Assembly (NCBI GenBank): GCA_013265495.1
Contig: MU058218.1
Coordinates: forward strand, 56,692-111,276
From: Vicugna vicugna
Lineage: Eukaryota
Direction of reading: 5' to 3'
Length of the DNA stretch: 54,585 nucleotides
The position numbers and the translations under genes were made by a program. Below, piece after piece: positions 37,290 through 50,905 of this stretch; the first letter of the stretch is position 1, and every line of letters begins with the position of its first letter. Below the pieces are notes generated by a model that saw only the letters and a program-made list of their open reading frames with translations, did not search any database and had not been told where the DNA came from.

Positions 37290-38360
37290 TCATAGGATAT
37301 TCTGTGGCCATAGATGAATTAATCTAGAAATCAACAACAAAGTTAAAAAATAGATAATCTGCAAAATGTCTGAAAATTAAAATGTACTTTTCTAAATTAA
37401 CCCTAAGTCAAAGGTGAATCACAATAGTTGTAGGACAATATGTAATTTTCATTTAGTTAAAAATCTTAAAACTTGTGGAAGGCAGCTAAACAAAGACTGA
37501 GAGGAAAATCACAAAATTAAAGCATATATTTATAAAGGAGAAATTAAAAAAAAACAAATATCTAAGCATCTTTCTCAAGATCCAACATAAATCATAGCAA
37601 ATTAAAGCTAAAAATTCTAAGAGAAAAGAAATAAAAAGGAGCAGAAACTAAACAACACCAAATGAAACAAATAGAAAAAGACTCCAACACATCAAAATTT
37701 GATTATTCGGAAAGATTTATAAAGTTGATGAGCCCTCTAGCGATATAAAGCATGAACGAAAAAAGGCAGCAGACAAGCACACATTATGAGTGTGAAGAAC
37801 AAAAAGGTATTACTTTAGATTCATAGACTGGAAAAGATAATAAGCAAGAGCCACTAAGTTGAAATGGACAAATCTTGATATAAACAACGTATAAAACTTG
37901 ATGCAAGCCAAATCATAAAATCTCAGTGCTCCTATATTTTTAAAGAAAATGGATTCATAATTAAAACGGCTCATACAATACTATACAATAACAAAAGAGA
38001 GCAAACTGCTGCTGCACAGGACATGAATGAATCTCACAGGCCTAGCAGGGGCAAGAAGCTAAATACTTCAGGGCACAAAATGCATGACACCAGTCATGTG
38101 AAGCTCAAAAACAGGCAAAACGAACCTCTGGTGACGCAAGTAAACATGGCGGTTCCGTTGCAATGTGGGGTCATGATTCCATGGTGACATAGTAAGGTCT
38201 CTGGGGAGCTGGCAACATTATTTATCGTGATCTGGGCTGTGTGTGTGTGTGTGTGTGTGTGTGTGAGAGATAACCCTGTCAATATTCACCAAAGTATACA
38301 TTTAAGATTTGCATTCGTCCTTGTGTACACACTTATTTCACTATGCATTAAAGTTAAAAC
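37290..38360 (+). mobile_element. Ancient L1ME-type ORF2 remnant plus 3' end
   Basis: A-rich ctagaaatcaacaac...aaaacttgtggaaggcagctaaa and atgaatgaatctcaca...aaaacaggcaaaac...gatctggg. (TG)n at 38238-38265. Confidence 0.8.
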
Positions 38361-39655
38361 AGCCACGTTCAAAGCCTGTAGAGAGAAAATGAACTCACTT
38401 CTCGAAGTTAATATCTGAGATTGCCGAATCACTGTTCTGCAATACCTCTCTTTGTACTTTCTATGTGAACACTGCGCTAGTCTTTTGGGGAAGATTATAA
38501 AATGGATAATCGTTATTAAACTCTACATGTGGGACTGGATTATGCCAGTAAAGAATTAAACACTAAGTTTATTTTTAGTATTTAGGCCATCTAAATTCAC
38601 CAGCTGACTTCAAGGAAGAAAACAAATTCAGGGTTTATGAGGAGTCTCGATGGGGAGTGTTTATATTAGGTGCTTAGCGCTGCAGGATGTTGTGTGTTGG
38701 AAAACATAGGCAGATCCAATTAACAGGTTCTGCTCTGTGGAAACTGAACTGAGCAGGCTTTTGGACAGCTTTATGTGTGAATGTGAGAACATACTGATAA
38801 AAAATGTGATCCTCTTATCCCATATAACTTCACAACTTCACAAGATTTTTCTAGGCTGGGGATTTGTGATTAGATTAAAATTATGTTGGCTCTTCGTTGG
38901 TGGAATTCTCCAATAAAATTCCTTGAGAATCGTGAATTAAGGGACTCACACAAGTTTTGAAGGATGAGGACAGTCTGTTCTGGGACAAGGAAAGAAAGCA
39001 CCTCTATCACTCCCCCTCTTTCTATCCTAAAGATCTGGGCGCCTGTACGGATGACTTGCACGCACATGTGTACCAAATTCACAGGGGTGGTTGCGTGTGA
39101 CCAGCTGCTTTCTGAACAACCTTCCAGCCACCCATCCAACGTTTCTAAATGATGCATTGTTTTGAAAAGAACCATTCAGAATGGCAGACTAAAGATTACT
39201 GCAGAAGTGCACATTTTCAAAAAGAAATAGGATCTCCTCATAAATCCTGGAGTTAAAATTTGACCAATGATCTCTTTAGAGGTGAGTGGAATTTGACTTG
39301 GACACCTTGTTTCTAGAAACTTATCCTGGAATTTCTGACCTTATTGGCTGGGTGGAATGTTTAGAAACAATGATTCTTAAGTTGGTATTTGTAGGTCACA
39401 GGAGAATTGGAGAAATCCCCAAAAGGTTGCAAAACCCAGAGCTATGGAAACCTCAAGAATGCTTTGGTGGTGCTCCAATCCATTAACCCAACCTCCTAGC
39501 NNNNNNNNNNNNNNNNNNNNNNNNNNNNNNNNNNNNNNNNNNNNNNNNNNNNNNNNNNNNNNNNNNNNNNNNNNNNNNNNNNNNNNNNNNNNNNNNNNNN
39601 NNNNNNNNNNNNNNNNNNNAGTACCTTCTCCAAAATTCTCAACCAAGAAATCAAG

Positions 39656-39679
39656 GTGTGTGTGTGTGTGTGTGTGTGT
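39656..39679. repeat. (GT)n microsatellite
   Basis: Directly visible. Confidence 0.95.
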
Positions 39680-41236
39680 ATACGCATGTTTGTATTTCTT
39701 CTAAGTTGTGCTTCATATTGGGGTTGAGGATAAAAGAGGGTGCAAGCAAAAAGAAAATGAAAGAGTAATTAGAAAAGCTGCTGGAAAACGTGGTATAAAA
39801 TAGTGAAGAACTGTTTTTCCAAAAGAGTCACTCCTGGTAAATGTATGTTGTGAAATTTCAAAATGTCAGAGCTTGTGCAAATGAATAAAATTTTTAATTG
39901 ATATTTCTGATCCAACATCATGTTCAGAGGGAAGTATTTCCATGGAAATTCAGTTTGTGTTGGGATGGTTATGTATTTTCTTTTACTCTTACATAATTAC
40001 ACAGAAAATAATTGTATTTATATTACTAATAAAAGTAAAACAAAAATTATGATTCAGGCATTTAATTGAAAAGATTTTTAACATGCAGTAATTGCTAGAG
40101 GGTTTTCTCTGAAGGTAAATATAAAGATCGGGCTTCTAAAATATTTGCTTGGATGAGAAAAGCTAGTGTTTCCAGTGGAAAGTTGTTTAAATTTTATTCC
40201 ACAGAATCACGAGTGCTTTCAGTAGGAGGCACGGCAGGAGGTAAGTGATCAAACAAAAGAGAAGAAAAATACAGTAGATTCATGCATTTTTTTCCTTCTA
40301 AAAAGGTAATTGTATAGTTCCCTGCATTTCTCTAGGCTCACCTGAAGCAGATATCCATTTTCAAAATAATCCTCTATCGGGTTCTTTGTGATTCTTTTGA
40401 TTTCAGAATCCAAAGGAGTAACTTGTATTACCTAAGGAATCCTCCTTCTCCCCCTCCAAAAAGATATTTTAAAAACTGTCAGGAAGTCTTGCTCAAGTTT
40501 GTTTTTTATTCCAGAACAGGGCCGTGAACCAATTAAAACTTTAAAGAGCTATCGAAACTGCAGTATCGAAAACCCCTGAGATTTAACCTGCGGAAAGTAA
40601 TTTTTCAGAAACAAAATAATTGGAAAAATGTTTCATATGCTCCTGCCTGGTTTTTATTGGTGTAAGATGTAGGTTTCCATAGACTTTCTGGAACCCAGAG
40701 AGGGCAATGTTTTTTCTTCGTTGAAAGCAGGCGGGCTCTGTCTGCCAGGTGAATATTCCAGAGCTCTCACAACCCTGATAGAAAGCAGCTTGAGTTCTGG
40801 ACAGGAGCAGTATGTGTGAAAAGTCGTGACAGTCCGAGATAGCCTTTCTATGATTTATACAGAATGTTAGCAATGATGATATGATGTGGTGTCAACATTT
40901 GACTCTGCACTTGTCGAGTCAGCAATTTTGATGGAGGGAAGATGGCATATGGTGAACCTTCCGATTCTGAGAAACATACACGAACAAACGATTTTTTATT
41001 TTCACTCAGGCTGTTTACAAAGCAAAAAAAANNNNNNNNNNNNNNNNNNNNNNNNNNNNNNNNNNNNNNNNNNNNNNNNNNNNNNNNNNNNNNNNNNNNN
41101 NNNNNNNNNNNNNNNNNNNNNNNNNNNNNNNNNNNNNNNNNNNNNNNNNNNNNNNNNNNNNNNNNNNNNNNNNNNNNNNNNNNNNNNNNNNNNNNNNNNN
41201 NNNNNNNNNNNNNNNNNNNNNNNNNNNNNNNNNNNN

Positions 41237-41362
41237 GTTTATTGTATCAGTTTCCCATGACTGGAAAGGGCAGGGATCTTTGTCTGCTGTGGTCCCTAAT
41301 GTACCACAGACTTGGGATAACATCTAGCACATAGTGATGCTCAATGCATATTTGTTAATTTC
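41237..41362 (+). mobile_element. L2 3' end
   Basis: agggcagggatctttgtctg...tctagcacatagtgatgctcaatgcatatttgttaa. Confidence 0.75.
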
Positions 41363-41371
41363 AACACGGCA

Positions 41372-42029
41372 AATTTTTTCAAAATTTTAAGGCAAGCATA
41401 GTTGATTTACAATGTTAGTGTCAGGAGTACAGCAAAGAGATTCAGTTATACATATACATAAGTATATATATATTTTTTTCTTTTCACATTCTTTTCCATT
41501 ATATGTATTATAAGAAATTGAATATATTTCCCTGTGCTATATAGTAGGTCCTTGTTTATCTAATTTATATATAGTAGTTTGTATCTGCTAATCCCAAACA
41601 CCTAGTTTATCCCTCCCCACTCTTTCCTCTTTGGTAACCATAGTTTGTTTTCTATGTCCGTGAGTTTGTTTTTGGTTCTTAAATAGAATTTGTATCATTT
41701 TTTTAGATTCTACATAGAAGCGATATCATATGGTATTTGTCTTTCTCTGTCTGACTTACATAGTATGATAATCTCCAGGTCTATCCATGTTGCTGCAGAT
41801 AGCATTATTTCACTCTTTTTTATGGCTTAGTAGTATTCCATTGTATAAATATACCACAACTTCTTTATCCAGTCATCTATCAATGGATGTTTAAGTTGTT
41901 TCCATGTCTTGGCTATTGTAAATAGTGCTACTATGAACATTGGGGTGCAGGTGTCTTTTTGATTTAGAGTTTTCTCTGGATATATGCCCAGGAGTGGGAT
42001 TGCTGGATCATATGGTGAGCCTATTTTTA
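41372..42029 (-). mobile_element. LINE-1 3' end, 5'-truncated
   Basis: Minus [43 protein letters not shown]...WIKKLWYIYTMEYY. Confidence 0.96.
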
Positions 42030-42049
42030 TATTTGTATTAGGAGAGATA

Positions 42050-42310
42050 AAAATAATAGACAACATATATCAAGCCATTCCTCTGTGTGCCAGTTACAGT
42101 AAAGTTCTGAAGTTACTGTTAGTCTGTAGTTCCATTTTCTTGTTTAATCGCCAAAAAGAACCTCATGAAGTTGGCATCGAGCTTGAGACTAGGACAGCCC
42201 CACTTTGAAGATGAGGAAATGGAGACTCATGGTGGCCATATGAAGGTGAAACAGCCAGTGAGAAGCAGAGCAGGGACTGGGCTGACGTCTGTCCAACACC
42301 AGAGTTTTGT
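42050..42310 (-). mobile_element. MIR
   Basis: ccccactttgaagatgaggaaatggagactca...acagccagtgagaagcagagcaggga. Confidence 0.75.
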
Positions 42311-44698
42311 GTGTCATCTTGAGGTGTTCTGTTCAGGTAACAGTTCATTCTCTGCAGTGCTTGAAATTAAATGAATGCATGTCAGTTTGGATTGGCCATA
42401 AAGGACCCCCAGGCTGTAATGAACCATTCTAGCAGTGATTTATAAATTTGTCCAGGGAAATCAGCATTCCCTGGGAGTAGAATTGTACTGGCTTCTGTTT
42501 GCTGGTTTCCAGAGTGTGGGATGTTGGGGTCTCTCCCTGATGAGCACACAAAGACCCAGAAGGTTGTCACCAACTGTTCGGGCTTGGCTGGAATTGACTT
42601 TTCCAGAGGCTGAGATCAAGGGAGATGCAGGTAGGTGACGATGCAGAGGTCATGTAACGGTCCTGTCCCCAGGGTACAGTGCAAGTCTGCTTGGGTGGAT
42701 GGTGTCAAATTCTCTCCAGTAACAGGCTGAGAGTGGTCTTTTTTAACTTTCATGGCTACCCTGGCTAGTCAGCAAACAGCCCAAGATGAAGGAATCAGAC
42801 TTGCTTGGGCTCTGAGGAAAGCTCTGGGGGCCAGTGTTTGCTCACTTGGTGTTATGGGCCACACAGCTCTTAGGGCAAACCAAAATGAGCCAAGGGAATG
42901 ACCAATTTTAATTCTGATGCACCCATCAAATGAAATTGACCCTCGATTTTGTCAATCTTAGTATTTATATGTATGAAATATATAAATCTATACATATACA
43001 GATAGCCATATACTTTCATAGATGAAAAATTAGGGGTAGATTTGTCAATAACTTAACTAATTTGGTCAAGGAAAAGATTATAAAGCAGGTAGGTGAGGCA
43101 TCACAGTTAATTATACAAGAGAAAATCCAAGTAGGATTATGAATCACCTGGTTTTAAATCTTGATTGTAATTTAAGGATTTTTACTGGCATTTCTGATAC
43201 ACACTTACATTTTTATTGTAGCAATCCACTTTATTTAATGGAGGGGAATATGTCTATTACACGGCATATTTCTTAACATAATGGCAAAACTATTACATAC
43301 GTGCTGATAGGGAGTGATTTGGTACCTTAAGTTGTAGAACTTTATATTTATGGGAATACTCTGAACTTTTTGGAAAAAAAGATACTCATACCTTTATAAT
43401 ATCAATAGCACTATAACGATGATTCTTCACAGAGATGTTTTTGGATACACCATGGAGTTATGATGAATGACTAATAACTCTTATCAGATGAAGAGGGATT
43501 TTTTTTGAACTCCTTAGTAACATGGGTAGCAATTAAGACAGAACTGCCTTCTGTCTATGGAAAGGATGCCTAACATTTATTTTGAAGAAAGGCAATAACC
43601 GGCCTTAGAGTGTGATGATTTCGTTCCATAGCGTTTGAATACGTTTTAACAAGGAAGGAATATTCACGTGGGCTTTATTTGGTGGTCTCCTCCACCAGCA
43701 CATAGTATGACAACACGAACCATATTTTACCTGTCACTTTGTTTTTTCTATGTATGCGTGTATGCTCTGAAACAGACAAATCTCTAGTTGATTTTTAAAT
43801 CATCTAATTTTTAACATGTTTGATTTTTTTCCTTTGTAATAATTGATAGCTAGCTAAGATACCAAAGGTTTTCTATAACAACCACAATCTCATTTACATT
43901 TAGATTTGCTTTTTTGAATAGAAAATATACAGGTTTGTGGCTAGGACCTAGGCATTGACCCCAAGCCCTTAGAAAGCCCAGGGAATCTGTTACTCCTTGT
44001 GAACGTTAAATCATGTCAGAAGCTGTGGTCTGCACTGTGCCGTGTGTGCAGTCACCCTTTCTGCGTCTCTTCTGTGTTTCTGATGCCCACGTAGCTCTCG
44101 GCTCAAGTGCACCCAAGATTGTTCCAGTTTTCAGGTATGCTTTGAATACACAGGGAGATGCCTGTAAAGTGCTGCCTGTCCCACTCCTGCCCAAGCAAAC
44201 GCAGAATTTTAGTGCACTGGCGGTGGCTTTAGGGCAGTAAAATGGAAAAGACGTGGGACTGAGTCCGATATGGGTTTACATGTAACTGAGGTGCTTAGCA
44301 GCAACCTGACTGCGAGCAGGTGGCCCACCCTCCCCCAAGCCTCCGTGTGCCGTGGGTGAGGATAGGACTTGAGCGCTTCCTCCTTTGTGTTGTGGATTAC
44401 AGGGATTGATGCGTGCGTGCATTTACTCCCTCCTGTTTACTGAGCGCCTGCCCGAGTCAGCCGATGCTGTCCCGGCTTCCTGTGACAGGATCGTGTGGAG
44501 TCTGGTCTCATGGGACTTTAACCTTGCTGTATTAAAGAGCCTGTTAGAGAAGATAGTGTATCACGAGGGTCCGCTAAGTGTCACCCGTGGTGTGTGCACA
44601 CTGCCTTCAGATGGGTAGCTCCATCACATCTGAGAGCCCAGTGCTGTCGGAACACAGACTCTCTCAGAACGCAAACAAATGTTTAAACGATGAAGGGA

Positions 44699-45436
44699 CA
44701 GTAAAGATGCTTGAGATAATTTCTATCTTCTTAAATTTGTTGAGGTTTCTTTTGTGCCCAAGTACATGATCGATCCTGGAAAATGTTCCATGTGCACTTG
44801 AAAAGAATGTATATCCTATTTTTTGGGGGTGTAATGCTCTGAAAATATCCACCAAATCTAGTTTTTCTATTGTAGTATTTAATTTCTCTGTTGCCTTGTT
44901 TATTTTCTGTCTGGAAGATCTGTCTAGTGATGTTAATGCAGTGTTAAAATCTCCAACTATGATTATATTCCCATCAATATCCCCCTTTATCTTTGTTAGT
45001 AATTGTTTTATGTACTTAGGTGCTCCTATATAGGGTGCATATATATTAATGAATGTAATATGCTCATCTTGTATCATTCCTTTAATCATTATAAAATGTC
45101 CTTCTTTATCTTTCTTTATGGCCTTTGCTTTAAAGTCTATTTTGTCTGAAATCAGTACTGCAACACCTGCTTTTCTGGCTTTTCCATTTGCATGGAATAT
45201 CCTTTTCCATCCTTTCACTCTCAATCTATATGTGTCCTTCTCCCTAAAGTGGGTCTCTTGTATGCAGCATATTGAAGGTTCTTGCTTTATTATCCAGTCT
45301 GCCACTCTATGTCTTTTGACTGGAGCATTTAGTCCATTAACATTTACAGTAATTAATGATAGATGTGTGTTTATTGCCATTTTGAACTTATCTTTGCAGT
45401 TGACTTGGTATTTCCTCTTTGTTCCTTTCTTCTTCC
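44699..45436 (-). mobile_element. Young LINE-1 internal fragment: ORF2 endonuclease domain, open frame
   Basis: ATG at 45380, then MAINTHLSLITVNVNGLNAP...CCIQETH...NIYAP...VGDFNT...SRIDHVLG...KKIEIISSIFT. About 227 uninterrupted codons. Confidence 0.98.
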
Positions 45437-45470
45437 TGAGATTTAAGCTCAGTAAATACAAAGGACAAAT

Positions 45471-45960
45471 AATACTCAGCCATAAAAAATAATAAAATAA
45501 TGCCATTTGCAGCAACGTGGATGGACCTGGAGAATGTCATTCTTAGTGAAGTAAGCCAGAAAGAGAAAGAAAAATACTATGCATCACTTATATGTAGAAT
45601 CTAAAAAAAAAGAAAAAAGAAAAAAGAAAAATGAACTTACCTACAAAACAGAAACAGACTCAAAGACATAGAAAACAAACTTATGGTTACCGGGGGTGGT
45701 GGGGGGAATGGGTAGGAAGGGATAAATTGGGAGTTCTAAATTTGCAACTACTAACTACTATATATAAAATAGATAAACAACAAGTTTATACTGTAGCGCA
45801 CAGGGAAGTATATTCAATACCTTGTAGTAACATGGTTAAAAAGAATATGAAAACAAATACATGTATGTTCCTGTATGACTGAAGCATTGTGCTGTACACC
45901 AAAATTGACACAACATTCTAAACTGACTGTACTTCAATAAAATATATATTTAAAAAAATA
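45471..45960 (+). mobile_element. LINE-1 3' end, sense orientation
   Basis: actcagccataaaaaataataaaataatgccatttgcagcaacgtggatggacctggag, G-rich tract 45691-45722, aataaa and A tail. Confidence 0.95.
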
Positions 45961-46295
45961 AATGTAATGTTCATCTCCAAAAACAAAATACTTGAGGAAA
46001 TGATAGGGAGAGTGAAAATGGTAAATTAGTTAGGGGTAGGTTCTTGGTGTATTTGGATTAAGACTCCTCTGCTCCCCCACCTCCCCCACCCTCTACCCCA
46101 TCCTCCATAGACTGAGGGACGAGGAATTCTATTCACTTTGTGGTGATTACAGTGGCCTGCAATTAGTTGGGAAAGTAATTTTGAGAAAAATGTCTTGAAT
46201 AGATTTACCTATAAAGCCTATTAAACTCAAATTATAACCAGAGGTTATTTCAAAATATGACCAATTTGATGCATTGGCAGCTGGGGTGGAGTGGA

Positions 46296-46297
<2 letters not shown>

Positions 46298-46330
<33 letters not shown>
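46298..46330. repeat. (AC)n microsatellite
   Basis: Directly visible. Confidence 0.97.
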
Positions 46331-46334
<4 letters not shown>

Positions 46335-47301
46335 AATTCTGGAGTTATCACAAAAGATTTAGAGTGTCACCCGCACTGAAAAAGAGAGATGCCAAATGAT
46401 ATGAAACTCCACAGAGGAATTTCAGACAAAGGCAGAGCTTTGGGGAGAAAGGAACACAGATGCCCACTTTGGCTGTTTTCTATAAAACAGTATGAAAAGA
46501 AGCCACAAAACCCAAGAATGCTCTGGGAGGGAGACTTCGATGTTGGAAACCACCCCCCAGGAGTTCAAGAAGAAAAGACCACAGATGAATTTCGGGTTAT
46601 TTGGGAAAAGAAACGTATTTTAAGAAACAATAAGAAAAGAAAGAATTCCAGGACAAGCCAGTGAAATGAAGGAAATATTGAGGGAAATGCTTTGGCTTGT
46701 GTATTTTTCCTTGGCTGGGGAGTTTGAACTCCTAGGGACAGACGCTTGATGAAGACGCCCACGAAGCATCAGGGACGGGTGTAGCTGCGCAGTGTAATTA
46801 TGGTTCTTCAAGGTTTCGCTTGCTTTTAGGTTTGCTGCCTTTCCACACACTCATGCCCGTTTGCGGATTAGCACGTGGGAAGATCAAGGAATTCTGATGC
46901 TGAAAGAGACCCCAGTGCGCTCAGTGAGTTGGGGGGGGGCAGGGGCGGACAGTGGGATGCGTTGACCTGGCCAAGGTCACCGCGCAGAAACTGGCTGAAC
47001 AGGAGGGCGGGCTTCCTGACGTGCACTATTCTTGTGTTCTGTCTGTAAAATTAGCTTTCTTCTTAGTATTTATCCTGAGGGTCAACTGCTGGAAAATACA
47101 ACCATTTGGTAAGTTATATGTCAGAAATACATACATTTCATGAAGAATTTCAAACAAATTAGCACAGAATTGCACGAACCACTACTTTTTAAATGTTAAA
47201 CCACAATTCTTTCAGTTATTTTGCTCAAAATTGTATATGTGGCTCTCATTGTTTGATTTGATTGACCCTTAGGTTTTATGAGTTTTTAAAATCAGCTTTT
47301 A

Positions 47302-47454
47302 GGGGGGCGGGTATAGCTCAGTGGTAGAGCACATGCTTAGCAGGCACGTAGTCTTGGGTTCAATCCCTGTTACCTCCTCCAAAATAGACAAATAAAACCC
47401 TAATTATCCTCCAAAATTTAAAAAAGGTTAATTTTTAAAAATTAAAATAAAAAA
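47302..47454 (+). mobile_element. tRNA-Ala-derived camelid SINE (vic-1-like) with TSD
   Basis: tRNA-like body and tail. TSD TAAAATCA(G/T)CTTT at 47287-47299 and 47455-47467. Confidence 0.93.
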
Positions 47455-48899
47455 TAAAATCATCTTTAAAATCTATTCTAACATCTTCACTTTTTTCCCC
47501 TCCTTCATCTTCACCACTTTATTTAGTCTTTTTATTTTTCTTTCTTACTTAGAATCTTTATTTCATTTAGTATTTATCTGCATCTTTGGCGAATATTAAG
47601 AAAGCATTAGAGATACTCATTTGCCACTGCCTGCAACTGTTGTCACATCTCATATATTTAATAAGCATATTTTCATTGTAACTTTCTAAATAACCTACAT
47701 TTGGAGTTTTGGTAGCTTTTTTGACTCAGTCATGCAATGTTAAGAGTCAGAATTGTGGTCTGCAAAATTTGTGCTTTATACATGTCTTGACGTGCTCTTT
47801 ATGGATTAATATTTACTCAAATTCTTTTATTTATATAGGCTTTTTAAAAGCTACAATTACTTACAAAATTTGCATCTTTATTAATTTATCCTTTGATTGA
47901 TAATTGTATTTTGCAACATTATGTTAGTCTGTGTTTAAAGCTCATTAAAGCATACTTCAAAATAAAGTAGCCTACTTTGATTTATTCACTGCACTCTACC
48001 TTGCAGCTCTAGTTTCTTGATATCTTTGTCCTCTCCTGCCTGCTTCTCAGGAGTATTTGCATAACAACTTTAACCACCAATTTATTTTTAACACTTCAGT
48101 GTCCCTTTGAATTCTGCAGCCAGCACAACTGGGCATTGTTGTCTAGCAATGTTTTGTTTGCTTTATCTGATTATATTATTTAAAAGTTAAACATTTTGTT
48201 GCTATATTTTTGTCTCAAAACACTCATACTCTCTATATTAGTAATTTTCCAATCAAATAATTGTTTTGGACCCTCTTTCTCCCAGAAAGGCGAGACACGC
48301 CTACACCCTAAACCTCCCACCTACCCTCTCTGGTCTTTATTTATCTTTGTCATTCGGAGACTTTCCAATTTGTTTGCATGTCTAGGTTAAGACCCGCTTA
48401 GCAGTGGCTCAGATCTCAGACGTGTGTTTTGCTTGGCCCCCTCGAGTGCTTTCTTCAATAGTTGGACTGTCTGTGTGTATTACAAAAATTGCAATGTGAC
48501 GTGTAGATGTCTGGCTTTTCTTGAAGTGTGCTGATCTGGCTTGTACTGCAGGGTGGTGGAGTGAGGGGTCTGGGGTGGGCAGGCACGCGACACCCAGTCT
48601 CAGTGTTGCCCCCACCACCCCCTCCCTGGTCATCAGGACGGGACCTCTTTCCTCATCTGCCTTCCATCCCAGACCCCTTGATCACTTGAAACTGTGAGCA
48701 TTAATCTAGACATTCCAACCTAGATTCTTCTTAAAATATTATTATGTTATATATCTTGTTTTTAGAAAAAGCTTAAATACTTCAAATTTACTCATATACC
48801 GTTGAACCACATGTAATATTTACTCTCAGCCTTTTTATAAGGAGGCCTATCTGTTTAAAAATTATGTTTAATTATTTCTAGTTATTAAGATACTGTATT

Positions 48900-49780
48900 C
48901 TGTTATTTTTTTCCCCAACTATACATGCTAGCATTACATCTTCTGAGATTGTGCATACCTGCAATTATTCTTTTTTCTTGTGGCCTGAACCCACCGAGGA
49001 TAACTTGACAGGAAATTCAATTTAGGGGAAATTTTTTTTTTTTTGCCTCAAACTCACTCTAGAAATGTATCTTTTATTTTTTCTGCCATTTACCATTTGG
49101 AAAAAGTAAGGATTACCTGATTTTTATTAAATTAAAAAACAGCTTCTAGTATTTTTTTCTTTATCATTCTAACACCACGCTTTCTGAACATATAGTGTCT
49201 CTGATTTTTATGGTCAAAGACTACCAAGCCTTTCTCGTCTACGTCGGTCATTTATTAGAGCAGGAACTTTGGACTTCATCAGATCTCTCGTTTCCGCCTC
49301 TGCTTTTCATGCTGCGCTTTCTTCCACAGCAACTCTGTCCACTTCCGGTTCCACCTTCTGTCTTTCCCATTTAGGGATGTTCATGCACTGCTTTCCTTTC
49401 CTTGGGCTCCTTGTCTTCTGTGTTGTTCAGAGATTTATCCTGCCTGCCCTTCACATCAGGATTGTATTTTCATTCTTGGTGTTACTGTTTATTACCTTCG
49501 ACACACATTTTATTCTTGATACTGTGATCTTTTAATAGGTTGAGGATCTTCAAAACATAAGATCTTTAAAAAAATAGCATTTTTAAAAGTTCTTTGTACC
49601 TGTTTTACGTGGGCTTTGAGTTCAACGATTTTGTGTTTTTCTGAGACAGCTGTACTTTTCCTAGAAATTCTCCTGGCTTCTCGGCTACGTAGCCTCAGAA
49701 AGAGGTTCTCTTTTTCTTGCTCTGCAATAATTTCCAAGACCACATGGTTTTCCACTTCTCACTCTTCTCTGAATGAGCAG
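48900..49780 (-). mobile_element. Ancient HAL1/L1 ORF1-like remnant (may extend to about 47500)
   Basis: Purine-rich minus strand with broken K/E-rich frames. The segment gaatttcctgtcaagttatcc...gcaggtatgcacaatctcagaa resembles the ORF1 RILYPAKLS...FSDMQ.L region. Confidence 0.55.
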
Positions 49781-50905
49781 AGATCTCTCCAGAACTAGTG
49801 TTTCCCACCGTCTAGCTGTCTGGACAGCTCCTGCACTCGATTCACTGATGTCACGTGGGTTTATTCCAGCGCTGTCGCGTCCTTGTGCTCAGCCCCTCGC
49901 CCGGTTCTCAGGGCACTAAAATCGTGTCTGCCACCTAGCCATCAGGCTGCAAAACAGTGGAATATATGCAAAGTATCACTGCCACATTTTGGGATTTTTA
50001 AATCTTCTTCTTCTATCTACAATTGTTAACTGAGGGCCAACATATTCCAAGATGACATCAAGCACTCTGAGTCATCTTCCTCTAACCCATTTCACTCTTC
50101 TCACCTAGATGTCTCCTTTAAGCTTTGACCTCTCAAAGAGGAAGAAGATGTTTAAGAGCATGTGTGTTGGGGAATTGGAGTGGAGGCTGGGATTGAATTT
50201 AAGGAGGGCATTCTGAATTAAGACAAGCGTGACATCTATTGGACAGCAGGGCAGCTGCTGAGTTTCTGGCTGGCTTGTGCCCTGTGTAGCCGATCCAGTG
50301 GGCAGAGCTGAAAAGACAGGCAAAGGGGTCCCTCCTTCCTCTGCGTGTGTTCGGTTCCATCCAGTCTGCCTTGAGGTACCTGGAACCTTTTCTGGATTGA
50401 CTAACCAAGTTTTCACACTGGGTGTCACATTTTTTTGGAATTTTATAGGCAGTATGTTGGGGAGTGGGGGGAAGCTGCCTTTGGGATGACTAGCCTGTTT
50501 TATTGTTTGTGATTTGAAGGTTTCCTTAAATGACAGTTGCTCTAGCTAAATGACCTTGTTTATCATCCCATAACTAAGAGGAGGATGAAATGGAGGGAGG
50601 CGGGGAGGGTGGCCAGCAGTGAGCACAGTGGTGCTAGTGACAATGTGGATGTTACAGCGAGATCACTGATGCTGAGCAGCAGTGGAGGACACCAAAGTGC
50701 ACTGAGAGCTATTTCTAGCCATCGAAATGGGTTTTAACACCAACCTGTCATTAAGAAAATTTTAAATGATATTAAACACTCTTTTGAATGTGGTGATGTA
50801 CAGCATACTTCGGTTATAAAAAGGAAAACTTATTTCCAAAATTCTTCGTACTTGAAGAGGCTCATTTTTATTATCTAAAATATTCCTTCCTACCCCCTTT
50901 CCGCC

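Noticed and set aside
40342..40431. 90-nt minus-strand open segment VIQVTPLDSEIKRITKNPIEDYFENGYLLQ ending in CAG|gtgagc
   Set aside because: The acceptor is purine-rich with no polypyrimidine tract and the peptide is not recognised.
44664..45515. 283-aa ORF as a host gene
   Set aside because: It is an L1 endonuclease fragment with chance in-frame flanks and is truncated before the catalytic His.
49510..49755. Charged ORF with an apparent CAG|gtacaa donor as a coding exon
   Set aside because: It lies in a degenerate HAL1/L1 ORF1-like remnant and adjacent frames have stops.
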